From the NCBI GenBank assembly GCA_018992565.1, contig JACVGW010000014.1, positions 1-45,630 on the forward strand: a stretch of 45,630 nt of DNA, read 5' to 3'. Of the stretch, positions 1 to 10,005 are shown piece by piece. The number at the start of each line of letters is the position of its first letter. Position 1 is the stretch's first letter. Position numbers and translations under genes: made by a program. The notes beneath the pieces were generated by a model. It made no database searches, was not told where the DNA came from, and saw only the letters and a list, made by a program, of their open reading frames with translations. The stretch comes from Theionarchaea archaeon. GTDB lineage: Archaea > Methanobacteriota_B > Thermococci > Methanofastidiosales > SZ-28-30.

Positions 1-2
1 TA

Positions 3-74
3 TGCCCCTGTCGGGATTCGAACCCGAGTCACAGGCTCCGCAGGCCCGCATTATATCCACTAAACTACAGGGGC
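3..74 (-). tRNA. tRNA-Arg(GCG), no encoded CCA
   Basis: Reverse complement folds as a cloverleaf: acceptor GCCCCTG/CAGGGGC, anticodon arm CGGGC-CTGCGGA-GCCTG, T arm TCGGG-TTCGAAT-CCCGA. AAACCTTTTATTT promoter-like element upstream at ~96-108. Confidence 0.96.
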
Positions 75-325
75 TATTACTGATGATGCAGGGGCAAATA
101 AAAGGTTTCCCCTTGTACACACTATTCCTCATCCACGCTCTGCTGACCTTCCCATTTCAATAGATGCAGAAAGCCCTGCGTGTCAACAGATGATCCCGGG
201 TCCATTGGTATAACCGCACCTTTGGAGCCACAGATGCGTCCCCTCTCAATCAATTACGGGTAACTACACTCTGAAACAGCCCCGCTCATAAGAAGGATTA
301 TATATCTTGAAAAGTAATATACTCT

Positions 326-535
326 ATGTTGGAGGGCTTTATCAAGAATGGAGAAAAGAAAAGACTGCTGAGTGCCGCATATGCCACCCTCCTCCTGATT
401 GGTGTGGGAATTCCTTACCTTTTCAGGCATCAGCTTCCTGGAGCGTGGACCAATTGGACAATCCTCAGTCTGTGCCTCGTGAGTCTTGCCATCACATTTG
501 CCCAAATCATCTACTATGCAGTCCGAAGAACATAG
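326..535 (+). CDS. Small hypothetical membrane protein (2 predicted TM helices)
   Basis: 69 aa with two hydrophobic stretches and basic ends. TTATATAT TATA box about 20-25 bp upstream of the ATG. Fills the gap without overlapping neighbours. Confidence 0.6.
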   Translation: MLEGFIKNGEKKRLLSAAYATLLLIGVGIPYLFRHQLPGAWTNWTILSLCLVSLAITFAQIIYYAVRRT

Positions 536-567
536 AAGAATGCTCTTTCTTCTTGCTTTTCCATTGT

Positions 568-1071
568 CTAGCTCTTCTCTCCCTTCCGACATCCGGTCAT
601 GTTGGCCTTTTTCTGGATTCTCCTTCTTCTTCTGACCACTCGATTCCCACAGAAGGGACATTCCTTCAAAGCATGGCCATATTTCCGTTCACAGCCCACA
701 CACACAAATTCCCACTGAAATATCTCTTCTATTCCTTTGACGCCCGCAGACTCGTAGGGAATGTCCAGGACTTCACAGACATTCTGTATCCCATAATCCC
801 CACTAACCACGCACCCATCCAGATCCAATGCCAGTGCCACCACCCTCACATCAGTATCACTCAAGGTGTCGTTCGTCTTCCCCACAGCGCATTCAACCTC
901 TCCCACCGCCTTCTCTGACGGTTCTTCAACATGCAGCTTCCCTGATGCAATCAACGATTCCATGGTGAATTCTGAAGAATAGTCTTTGACCTCCTGGATG
1001 ACTTCGGGAACAGTATACCCATTATCCACAAACCCTGAGATGATAGCTGATGCGTCCAGAATATACTTCAT
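568..1071 (-). CDS. nob1: Nob1-like PIN-domain rRNA-processing endonuclease with C-terminal Zn ribbon
   Basis: ILDASA, TVPEVIQEV, LSDTD, SGDYGIQNV PIN motifs followed by CVGC...CPFCG. Confidence 0.88.
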   Translation of the reverse strand: MKYILDASAIISGFVDNGYTVPEVIQEVKDYSSEFTMESLIASGKLHVEEPSEKAVGEVECAVGKTNDTLSDTDVRVVALALDLDGCVVSGDYGIQNVCEVLDIPYESAGVKGIEEIFQWEFVCVGCERKYGHALKECPFCGNRVVRRRRRIQKKANMTGCRKGEKS

Positions 1072-1799
1072 AACTTTTTTTTCCTCCAGAATACTGCATG
1101 ATTCTGTGATTTTCTTACTGTAATCTCATCTCCTACAGATAGAGAAGACAATTCAAATCCATCCAATGTCATGTGACAGGGCTTGTCCACTGCTGTAATC
1201 GTGACTACCCAATCATGAGGTATGACCCGTGGGGAAAAAGACAGATCCAGAGGGCAGATGGGAGTGATACACAGGACAGGACATCCCTCCTCAATCCTGG
1301 GCCCCCCTGCAGCAAGAGAATACGCCGTGGAGCCCGTGGGTGTGGTTACAATAATCCCATCGCCAAGCATTTCCTCCGTGTGGTTCCCATATGTGATTCT
1401 GAACCGTGCCACCTTGTCCGGAATCTTGGCCCGTACTACCACTTCATTCAAAGCCTCCCCTGTCCCGGGGACTTCAATCTTCATGAGCCTGCTGACCGTA
1501 TGACTTCCCAAAATATCCTCTATGGTGGAAATCTCATCAGGAGAAACCTCACAGAGGTGGCCATGTCTTCCCATCTTCACTGCCAGGATAGGGAATGAAT
1601 ATTTCCTCACAGTCCGCAGAATGGTGCCGTCCCCCCCGATAACCAGCATAACATCCACATCCCGTATGACGTCCCCTTTAAGGAAAGGGAGTATATCCGA
1701 ATCAAAGAACAGATCATGATGAGAGAACTGATCTGCAATTTCCTTTGCCAATTGAATAGCTTCTTTCCTATCTGTCCTTGAAACCAGGCCAATTCTCAT
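1068..1799 (-). CDS. nadK: NAD(+) kinase
   Basis: GGDGTIL, ALNE, DGIIVTTPTGSTAYSLAAGGP motifs. Start moved to MRIGLV (1799), just downstream of AAACCTTATATA. Stop overlaps the nob1 start. Confidence 0.93.
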   Translation of the reverse strand: MRIGLVSRTDRKEAIQLAKEIADQFSHHDLFFDSDILPFLKGDVIRDVDVMLVIGGDGTILRTVRKYSFPILAVKMGRHGHLCEVSPDEISTIEDILGSHTVSRLMKIEVPGTGEALNEVVVRAKIPDKVARFRITYGNHTEEMLGDGIIVTTPTGSTAYSLAAGGPRIEEGCPVLCITPICPLDLSFSPRVIPHDWVVTITAVDKPCHMTLDGFELSSLSVGDEITVRKSQNHAVFWRKKKL

Positions 1800-1925
1800 A
1801 CGAAACTCTGGAAATTTCCATATATAAGGTTTTGGAATTGGTACCAGTGCTCCGAACACCACAGTTCCAGTGGGTATTTCCTCATGAACGGAAACCTTTA
1901 TCAAGTCCACGGCCTTTCATACTGT

Positions 1926-2705
1926 ATGATCGAGATTGAGTCGTATGATGATGTTCACCGCATTAATATGAGCATTTCTTTCTTTGGAAAACAAATCTTC
2001 CCCATAAATGCATACATTGTCAATGATGTGCTCATTGATACAGGAGCCGCCAGTTTATCAAGAGACTTCCTTGATGCAATCAAAGAATTCACCATACGAA
2101 CCGTGGTTAACACACATGCTCATCCTGATCACACAGGTTCAAATTCTGCCTTTCCTTTTGTATATGTCCACCGCAAGGGCATGGACAGGCTGAAGAATCC
2201 TCAGCTTGAAATGCAGATTCAAAAATTCCTGTATGGGTTACCTGAACCTTCAAATCCCAAGGAGATTCCTTCTGTCCTTAAAACGGGTGAATACACCTTT
2301 GATGTAATGTACACACCAGGACATTCTCCTGATCACATTTCACTGTATGAACCCCGGAAGAAGTGGGCGTTTACAGGGGATCTCTTGCTATGGGGACCCA
2401 CCAGAGAGGTCTTTGTCGATGTCAAAATCTATGATGCTATTGAGTCTCTGGAACGCCTTGCTGGTCTTGATATTGATATACTCTTCCCTGGCCACGGCCC
2501 TCCCTTCAGAAATCCAAAAGAAGCACTTGCAAAGCAGGTGGGGACTCTGAAAGATTTCGGAATGCAGATCAGAGAGCTGCACGAAAGAGGCTGGAACGCA
2601 GAAGAAATTCGTAACCACCTGTTTGGAAGAGAGCGAATGTATGTATATCTCTGCGGAGGGAAATTCTCAGCCCTGAATCTGATTAAGAGCTACCTTGAAG
2701 ATTAA
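1926..2705 (+). CDS. Metallo-beta-lactamase fold hydrolase
   Basis: LIDTG, THAHPDHTG, TPGHSPDH, FTGD, PGHG motifs. Start moved to ATG 1926, after AAACCTTTATC. Confidence 0.9.
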   Translation: MIEIESYDDVHRINMSISFFGKQIFPINAYIVNDVLIDTGAASLSRDFLDAIKEFTIRTVVNTHAHPDHTGSNSAFPFVYVHRKGMDRLKNPQLEMQIQKFLYGLPEPSNPKEIPSVLKTGEYTFDVMYTPGHSPDHISLYEPRKKWAFTGDLLLWGPTREVFVDVKIYDAIESLERLAGLDIDILFPGHGPPFRNPKEALAKQVGTLKDFGMQIRELHERGWNAEEIRNHLFGRERMYVYLCGGKFSALNLIKSYLED

Positions 2706-2772
2706 TTCTATATAGTATGCGTGTCCTGTCAGTCTACTCCAGATTGTCCTCCTGCTTTTACCAGATAGCTCA

Positions 2773-3963
2773 TTACTGGACAATCTGCATAGGAATGGGG
2801 ATGACTGTCAGCACAAAAACTGTCAATGCTGCCAGAGCCAGAGCTTTGCTAAATCCACTGACAGGCTGCAATTCATTCATGGCTCCTCCAGAACCTGCAC
2901 GCATGATCACAAAATACAAGAGCACAGCCCACACGAGCCACCCTTCCCATACAAACAGAGGATTATAGTAGGGAAATCCCATGACCACCATGACTCCTAT
3001 TAACACGTGGGACACTATCTTGTGTGTCTTCTCCCCCAAGAGAGCGCGTGCAATGTGGCCACCGTCCAGCTGTCCAATGGGAATCAAATTGACTGAAGTT
3101 ACAAGGAGAGCAGCCCAGGCTGCAATTCCCACGGGGTGCAAGATCACCTCATAACCATCTGGCACGTTCAGCAGGACTCTCCCCAGAAAGTCAGTCAGAA
3201 GTGACTGGCCAAAATAGATCATCACTCCTTCTCCAACTGCAGCCTCCAGCTGCGGCACCACATAGGACAACTTCAGTCCCAGAATGAAGAGAGGAACTGC
3301 CACCACAAATCCACACAGGGGGCCTGATGCACCCAACTGGATCATAGAATTGCTGTCTGGCATAGGGGACCTTGACTTAATAACAGCGCCCATGGTTCCA
3401 ATTATGAAAAAAGGCATCGGGATGAAGTAAGGCCAGGTGGCATCTACACCATTCCTCCCGGATGCGTACTTGTGTCCCATCTCATGTGTTCCCAGGATGA
3501 ACATAATAGCTGCAGAAAAACTCACTGCTCCTGCCCACACATTGTTCATCAGTCCTTCATGGACCATGCTCAGAGAGAGGGAGTAACCTGCAAACAACGT
3601 GGAAGCGATGGTAGCCACAAGGAGCACAACATTCCACATGACGTTGGGGGAACCCTGGTTCACTTTTTCTGCAAGGATGAGGAAATGCTGATCAAGGTTC
3701 TTCCTCAGGAAGGGATAGTATCCCTGGGATTCAAATGCTTTCTGCACCACATCAAAATCATAGGCAGAAGGCTGTACCTTGAATATGATTACTGAGTCTT
3801 CTACCTTGTAATCTGTATAAGAAAAATACGTTGAAACCAACTTCTCAATTTTCTCCATGTTTATACCTTTGAACAACAGGGGCGATCTGCACCGTGGGCA
3901 CTCCCACAACTCATCTTCTGTCACCTGGGAAAACCCGCATTGAGGACACTTATAAATTCGCAT
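2773..3963 (-). CDS. Site-2 protease (M50 intramembrane metalloprotease) with N-terminal Zn ribbon
   Basis: HEMGH zinc motif, GPLCG, NLIPIGQLDGGH, multiple TM segments. N-terminal CPQC...CPRC. Confidence 0.92.
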   Translation of the reverse strand: MRIYKCPQCGFSQVTEDELWECPRCRSPLLFKGINMEKIEKLVSTYFSYTDYKVEDSVIIFKVQPSAYDFDVVQKAFESQGYYPFLRKNLDQHFLILAEKVNQGSPNVMWNVVLLVATIASTLFAGYSLSLSMVHEGLMNNVWAGAVSFSAAIMFILGTHEMGHKYASGRNGVDATWPYFIPMPFFIIGTMGAVIKSRSPMPDSNSMIQLGASGPLCGFVVAVPLFILGLKLSYVVPQLEAAVGEGVMIYFGQSLLTDFLGRVLLNVPDGYEVILHPVGIAAWAALLVTSVNLIPIGQLDGGHIARALLGEKTHKIVSHVLIGVMVVMGFPYYNPLFVWEGWLVWAVLLYFVIMRAGSGGAMNELQPVSGFSKALALAALTVFVLTVIPIPMQIVQ

Positions 3964-4102
3964 GTGGGCTGTTTGATAGGAAGCCTTTTAAACGTTGGCA
4001 AGCTGGAACGTGTGCAACAAGGGGGGGACGAGAACCATATTCCGCTTTCATCTCTTCTGAAGTGAAGCAATACCTTTTTAGAATACCTCCTCAAATAGAG
4101 GT

Positions 4103-6031
4103 ATGCACCACTGCTTCCCCTACCCGGAGATGCGCTTGTACCAGGATGAATTGATTCACCTCATACTGGAGCATGTGTCTCAGGGCAGAAACGTACTATT
4201 CGAGGCAGCCACTGGGTTTGGGAAGACGATTTGTGTTCTGTCTTCTCTGCTCCCGGTAGCTGATGCAAAAGGGAAGAAGATTGTGTACTGCTGCAGGACT
4301 CACAAGCAGATGGATAGAGTCATTGATGAATTGAATTCCATTTCTTCGAATCACCCTGTATCAGGCATCTCATTGAGAGGGAGGCGCGATATGTGCCTGC
4401 ACCCAACCGTAAAGAACCATGCCATGGATACAGCGTCAGCTCTGTATTTGTGTAAGCTGCTGAGAAGCCTGGACAGGTGCGAGTACCATCTGAAATTCAA
4501 AGAAAAACAAGAACAGGTCTATGAAATGGAAATAGCCCTTGCCAGACGACCGTCGTACTCAGCTGATGTCCTGGATATCTGCATGGAAGCTGGTATCTGT
4601 CCTTATGATTTCATAAAAGAAGTGGCAAAAGATGTGGACGTTGTGGCCTGTTCCTACATGTACCTGTTTCACCCCCCTATACGGGAGAACTTCCTGGAGA
4701 TTGTTGGATGTCACCTTGAGGACATGATAATAGTGCTGGATGAAGCCCATAACCTTCCCGATCTGGCCATCAGGCTGGGGTCGGACGTACTGAGTACCAT
4801 CTCTCTGAAAGCAGCACAAAAAGAGGCTGAAGAGTACGGGGAACCGGACATCCTTTTCATGTTACAGATAGTGGAACAGGTTATCGAACAACTGGCTGAG
4901 AAATATGAGCTGGATCAGGAAGATGAAGTCATTCTGAGTTATGTGGAACTGGTGAACAGGCTTCCGGGAGGTGAATCCAGGCTACTGGAGCTGTTCCGGT
5001 ACATGAGAAAAATAGGAGAAGAAGTCCAGAAAGACAGACTTAGAAAAGGGCGACCTCCCCGTTCCTACATCCATGGATGTGCCTTTTTTTTGATTGACTG
5101 GCTGAATGTTAAAGAGAGAGAAGATTACTGCTATTTGATTAAACGGTTCTATACGCGCAGGGGTTATCCTGCATTAAGATTGGAAATTGTAGATTTAGAC
5201 CCCCGGAATATTTCCACGCAAGTCCTGGGCAATGCACATGCATCTGTTTCCATGTCGGGCACTCTTACACCTCTACATGCTTTTGCAGAGGTTGTGGGAT
5301 TGACCAATTTTGAATCCATGACATTTCCCACGCCTTTTCATCCTTCCAATATATTTGTAGCTGCTTTACGGGGAGTGACCACCAAGGGTAACTTGCGCAG
5401 TGAGGAGATGTATCGAAAACTCGCAGTTGCCACTTGTGAGGTCATTGACAACACCCCCAAGAATGTGGGGGTCTTTGCTGCATCGTATGAGGTTTTGAAT
5501 GGTCTGCTCTCAGCGGGTCTGAAACTGATATCCTCCAAACCATTATTCATAGAGAGGAGAGAATATACTTCCAGGCAAAATGATGAGCTGGTTCAATCCT
5601 TCAAGGAATGTTCCCGTGAAGATGGTGGCGTTTTACTGGGTGTCATGGGGGGAAGAAATGCAGAAGGAGAAGATTTCCCTGGAGACCAGATGAATGCGGT
5701 AGTACTGGTAGGCATCCCATATGCACAGCCCACATCACGCGTTGAAGCTCAGATACGGTATTACACCCAGGTATTTCCCAACAAGGGAAAGTATTACGGA
5801 TACTTCTTGCCTGCTCACCGGAAATTGAACCAGGGTGCAGGGAGAGCACACAGAATGGTCACTGATAAGGCAGCAATCGTGTTTCTGGACGAGAGAGTCA
5901 TACAACCCTTTGTCAGAAAGGATATTGCTCAGTGGATGCGGAATGAGATGAAGATGGTCCAAGACAGCCAGGACGTACTGGGAAGGATGATTAACCGATT
6001 CTTCAGCGGGGTTGATGAGTCTTCCCAGTGA
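4103..6031 (+). CDS. XPD/Rad3/DinG-family Fe-S DNA helicase
   Basis: Q motif FPYPEMRLYQ, Walker A ATGFGKT, four Fe-S-type Cys (MCLHP, LC, RCEY, CPY), DEAHNL, MSGTL, QGAGRAHR. Confidence 0.92.
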   Translation: MHHCFPYPEMRLYQDELIHLILEHVSQGRNVLFEAATGFGKTICVLSSLLPVADAKGKKIVYCCRTHKQMDRVIDELNSISSNHPVSGISLRGRRDMCLHPTVKNHAMDTASALYLCKLLRSLDRCEYHLKFKEKQEQVYEMEIALARRPSYSADVLDICMEAGICPYDFIKEVAKDVDVVACSYMYLFHPPIRENFLEIVGCHLEDMIIVLDEAHNLPDLAIRLGSDVLSTISLKAAQKEAEEYGEPDILFMLQIVEQVIEQLAEKYELDQEDEVILSYVELVNRLPGGESRLLELFRYMRKIGEEVQKDRLRKGRPPRSYIHGCAFFLIDWLNVKEREDYCYLIKRFYTRRGYPALRLEIVDLDPRNISTQVLGNAHASVSMSGTLTPLHAFAEVVGLTNFESMTFPTPFHPSNIFVAALRGVTTKGNLRSEEMYRKLAVATCEVIDNTPKNVGVFAASYEVLNGLLSAGLKLISSKPLFIERREYTSRQNDELVQSFKECSREDGGVLLGVMGGRNAEGEDFPGDQMNAVVLVGIPYAQPTSRVEAQIRYYTQVFPNKGKYYGYFLPAHRKLNQGAGRAHRMVTDKAAIVFLDERVIQPFVRKDIAQWMRNEMKMVQDSQDVLGRMINRFFSGVDESSQ

Positions 6032-6039
6032 CCAGCAGC

Positions 6040-7425
6040 TCAGTATTCCAGTGAGAATGCCCCAGGGTTCAGTATGCACTTGGGATCCAGTGCCTTTTTT
6101 ATTCTCTCCAGTGTGGCCTTGAACTGGGGAGTCATCTCCAGATACGGATACCATGCAATTCCAGTCCAGTAGGGGACTCCTCCATACTCCCAGACATCCT
6201 TCTTCTTCTTGTCCCACATTTCCTTTATGAGCTCAAGGGATTCAGCATCATCCTCTTTCCCGTACACATGACCGACGAAGGAGACGCAGTTATTCAGAGC
6301 AGGCATAGCACAAATCAGACTGAATAATCCCTTCTTCTCGATACCATAGTCTCTGAAGGTTGTCTTTAATTCGGACACAATTTCAGGTATTCTGAAGGTT
6401 TCCAGGCAGTGACAGGTAGCATTCCACATCCCATACTTGAAGAGTGGAGTAATCATCTCGAATTTCGAATTCCAGTACACCTTGGGAAACATGTCCCCTA
6501 AATCCTTTCCCCTGTACTTTTGAGCTATAGCCTGGCAGAGCTGCTGCTTAGCTGATGAAATATCTGCTGATGGCTCTTCCAGGATCACTACAAATAGGGA
6601 TTCGATATCAGGAAATAGATCTGCCATTTCCTCAATGACTCCCCTAATAGATGCCTTGTCACAGACCATGGTCATGTCCTCAGCAATCATCAATTTCTGA
6701 ATCTCGTAAAAAGCTCCTGTGGCATCTTCAATGTTCGAGAACCCAAATGCACAGTATTCGATGCTTTCAGGATACGGGTAGATACGTAGCGTGATATCAT
6801 ATTTCACGCCCAGGAAGGAATGATCACCGCAGAAGAGACCTGTCAGATCGGCTGTAGAGGTAAACCGATTGAAAGGACGGGCGTGAGGGTTGATGCGGGA
6901 TCCTGTTTCCAGGATGTCTCCTTCAGGCAGGACAACAGTAAGACTGGTCACTCCCTGGGGGGCCTGACCCCACCTGGCAGACGCCAACCCAATGGAATTT
7001 GATGATACAGATCCACCCACTGTTGCTGAATGTCCAGAGTACGGTCCTCTGAATCCCGGTTTGAACCCTTTCTGCTTCAACTCGTAGAGCAGGTTTCCCC
7101 AGGTACATCCTGCACCCACAGTGACTGTCATGTTTTCAGGAGTTATGACCACATGATTAATTCCTGTCATGTCCAGCATGATCCCCCCTTTCTGGGGAAG
7201 ACATGCCCCTCCCATGCCACATCTGCCTCCTGCAGCAATGACCGGAGTCCCTGTCTTGTTGGCAAGTCGGAGAATGTCTGATATATGCTGAATAGTTGAA
7301 GGTCTCACCACAAAATCTGGTTTGAGTGTATCTACGAGAGAAGCATCCCGGGAGTAGGTAAGGAGGACTGTATCCCTGTCAGTAGCATTGGATTCTCCCA
7401 CAATGTCTTGTAATCTGGAAAGCAT
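6040..7425 (-). CDS. FAD-binding oxidoreductase, GlcD/D-lactate dehydrogenase (VAO/PCMH) family
   Basis: PDFVVRP, ATVGG and C-terminal IKKALDPKCILNPG signature. Substrate unknown. Confidence 0.85.
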   Translation of the reverse strand: MLSRLQDIVGESNATDRDTVLLTYSRDASLVDTLKPDFVVRPSTIQHISDILRLANKTGTPVIAAGGRCGMGGACLPQKGGIMLDMTGINHVVITPENMTVTVGAGCTWGNLLYELKQKGFKPGFRGPYSGHSATVGGSVSSNSIGLASARWGQAPQGVTSLTVVLPEGDILETGSRINPHARPFNRFTSTADLTGLFCGDHSFLGVKYDITLRIYPYPESIEYCAFGFSNIEDATGAFYEIQKLMIAEDMTMVCDKASIRGVIEEMADLFPDIESLFVVILEEPSADISSAKQQLCQAIAQKYRGKDLGDMFPKVYWNSKFEMITPLFKYGMWNATCHCLETFRIPEIVSELKTTFRDYGIEKKGLFSLICAMPALNNCVSFVGHVYGKEDDAESLELIKEMWDKKKKDVWEYGGVPYWTGIAWYPYLEMTPQFKATLERIKKALDPKCILNPGAFSLEY

Positions 7426-7836
7426 GATATGAAGGTGAGGGTGGGTTATAAATAGCTTTTCATCTCATCAGTAATCTCGGATATTGAAAATTCCTGCACA
7501 GTTTCCACAATTCAAAGCCCCAGGATCTGAGCACATTCCCAATTAGTAGTTTCTTGTGTCCCGCATTCCCTTAAGACACGAATTTCCCCTTATAAAGCGA
7601 GGCAGGAGGAATCTCTCCTTTCTTACAACACATGCAGTCAGTCTTCACATTTGCTCAACATACCGAATCATCCGCCGAGTATTCCCTTCCGAAACACATA
7701 TCGGAATATACAGCAGAGTGGAGAGAGCCCCAGCAAAAACTGGATTGCATGAGAAGTGCATTGAAGTAAGCAATAGGAAACCTTAAAACCTATCCTTCCT
7801 GCAAGGGAATAGACAACCGACTCAGGAGGTGTCACA

Positions 7837-8775
7837 ATGGGAACTCTATCAGTACATGACCTGATATCAATACATGATCTGACAGCACAGGACATAGAGA
7901 AGATCTTTCAGAAATCAATTGAGCTGAAAGACGCTCTGAAAAAGGGAAAGGAAACCCCTGAATTGAAAGGAAAAACACTGGCCATGGTGTTCGAAAAACG
8001 TTCAACGAGAACCCGCATCAGTTTTGAAGTGGGTATGACCCAGCTAGGAGGGCATGCCATCTTCTTGAGCAGAGATGACACCCACATCGGAAAGGGAGAA
8101 CCCATAAAGGACTTTGCTGGTGTGGTGGACGGATATTGTAATGGGATCATGGCTCGAACCTTTGAGCACAAAACAGTGGTAGAACTGGCTAAATATGCTG
8201 AAATACCAATTATCAATGGGCTAACAGACTTTAACCATCCCTGTCAGATTTTGGCTGATTTCTTGACCATCAAAGAACACAGAAAGTCTTTTGATAACAT
8301 GAAAGTCGCCTGGTTTGGGGATGGGAATAACGTATGTCACAGTTTTATGTACATGTGTGCAAAACTCAAGATTGATCTGGCCATTGCAACTCCTGAGGAT
8401 TACAAACCATCACAGAAGGTGTGGGACGACATTAAATCCTATAAGAAGTCAGAAATGTACTGGACTGCAACCCCCCAGGAGGCTGCTGACAATGCAGATG
8501 TTGTTGTGACAGATACCTGGATCAGCATGGGTGACCCCGAGTACCAGGATCCCGAATTGAGAAAGAAGAAGGTCGATCATTTTAAGCCGTATCAAGTGAA
8601 TAAGGACCTGTGCACGCATGCCAAAGAGAATTACTATTTCATGCACTGTCTCCCGGCATACCGAGACTTCGAAGTTACTCCAGAGGTTATTGATGGCCCT
8701 CATTCACTGATCTACCCGGAGGCACATAATAGACTTCACGCGCAGAAAGGAGTTATGGCATTGTTGATGAAATAA
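7837..8775 (+). CDS. argF: Ornithine carbamoyltransferase
   Basis: STRTR, HPCQ, GDGNNV, DTWISMG, MHCLP motifs. Shine-Dalgarno GGAGGTG upstream. Confidence 0.95.
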   Translation: MGTLSVHDLISIHDLTAQDIEKIFQKSIELKDALKKGKETPELKGKTLAMVFEKRSTRTRISFEVGMTQLGGHAIFLSRDDTHIGKGEPIKDFAGVVDGYCNGIMARTFEHKTVVELAKYAEIPIINGLTDFNHPCQILADFLTIKEHRKSFDNMKVAWFGDGNNVCHSFMYMCAKLKIDLAIATPEDYKPSQKVWDDIKSYKKSEMYWTATPQEAADNADVVVTDTWISMGDPEYQDPELRKKKVDHFKPYQVNKDLCTHAKENYYFMHCLPAYRDFEVTPEVIDGPHSLIYPEAHNRLHAQKGVMALLMK

Positions 8776-9030
8776 TTCCTGAAATGAGTGACAGTCATTG
8801 AAACACTGTGGACAAAAGGATTCAAGAGAGAAAAGAAGCATTTGAGACTCTTCAACGCATGAAATTGTTCTCATGGTAAAGCCGCTGAAGAACGAAGTCT
8901 CCTGAATGAACTCCCACAACGCAATACTCTATTCCCGGTACTTCTCCACGATATAACGGATCCATTGAGAAGAAACAGAGAAAACGTGATACAGAGGAGT
9001 CGGTCAAGTGTGATTTGCACTAATCAGCAT

Positions 9031-9774
9031 TCATCTCTCAGTGGTATTGCGAGTAAGTGACTTCAGGCGCAGCCTGAAGCAGTTGAAGAAATACTCTATC
9101 ATATCTGAATACTGGAGTTTGGTCGCCCCCTTCGTTCGATCATGAAAAATAAGAGGTATTTCATAGATCTTTGCATTCTTGTGGACATATTCCCATAAAG
9201 AAGCAGTGGCAAATGCATATCCTTTGGTAGAAAGGGATTCAAGAGAGATTTTTCTTAGAAGAGAGGTTCTAATGGCTCGATAGCTTGAGGTGCAATCATG
9301 TACTGAATACAGCCCTGCTATACTTCTGGCCATTGCATTGGCAAAGTAACTGATGAGCTGTCTTGTCAAAGACCAACCGGGAGTGCCTCCTCCTTCTATG
9401 TATCGAGAACCGATAACAACATCATACCCCTCATCAATCTTTTCCAGAAATTGCGGGATCATCAAGGGAGGATGAGAGAGGTCAGCATCCATGGTGATAA
9501 TGACATGGCAGGAATTGGCAACTGCGGAAATAGCTCTAATGTACGCTGCACCCATGCCCTCTTTGGGTCCAGAGAGAAGGTGGACATTACCGAATCTCTG
9601 TGCTAGGGACAGGACTAATTCTGCTGTACCATCAGGACTGGAATCGTCTGCCACAAGTATGTCAATATGATACTCTGGGAGCGAGGTGCTAAGTGTGTGA
9701 ATCTGCTCCAGGAGAGGGGCCACGTTTTCTGCTTCATTGTATGTGGGGATTATTATGAAGACGTTCTTGACCAT
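9031..9774 (-). CDS. Polyprenol/dolichol-phosphate mannose synthase-like GT2 glycosyltransferase
   Basis: IIPTYNEAEN, DDSSPDGT, MDADLSHPP, VIGSRY, DCTSSYRA. Confidence 0.9.
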   Translation of the reverse strand: MVKNVFIIIPTYNEAENVAPLLEQIHTLSTSLPEYHIDILVADDSSPDGTAELVLSLAQRFGNVHLLSGPKEGMGAAYIRAISAVANSCHVIITMDADLSHPPLMIPQFLEKIDEGYDVVIGSRYIEGGGTPGWSLTRQLISYFANAMARSIAGLYSVHDCTSSYRAIRTSLLRKISLESLSTKGYAFATASLWEYVHKNAKIYEIPLIFHDRTKGATKLQYSDMIEYFFNCFRLRLKSLTRNTTER

Positions 9775-10005
9775 TACGTCTTGTTCAAGAAAGAAGTTTT
9801 AAAGCCTTTTCCTGGTTCTAGCACATCTTCCATGTTCACATCTGGAACCCATTGGGTCTTGCATCCCCTGACCCACACAGTCTTGGCCTGAAATTCTTGA
9901 AACATTATTCGAGAAGAACATGAGGACAATTTATAGTAAACATATCGAAATCTTTATATGCACCCCCTCAATAGTATGAGAAGGCCTAAAACCGGAGAGG
10001 AACAC

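Noticed and set aside
68..146. Duplicate CAGGGGC beside tRNA-Arg (att site?) and TGATGA...CTGA (C/D sRNA?)
   Set aside because: The repeat is only 7 bp, lies on the tRNA 5' side and has no integrase nearby. There are no properly spaced D'/C' boxes.
254..918. ORFs 254-661 (-) and 307-918 (+)
   Set aside because: They overlap nob1 and the small membrane ORF, have atypical composition and carry no motifs.
1864..1881. ORB-like GTTCCAGTGG between nadK and the MBL gene
   Set aside because: Single partial match lacking GAAA and the G-string, with no initiator gene nearby.
8788..9060. Frame with one internal TGA followed by NC (possible selenoprotein or pseudogene)
   Set aside because: No recognisable homology, no UxxC/CxxU motif, no evident SECIS, and it runs into the opposite-strand gene.
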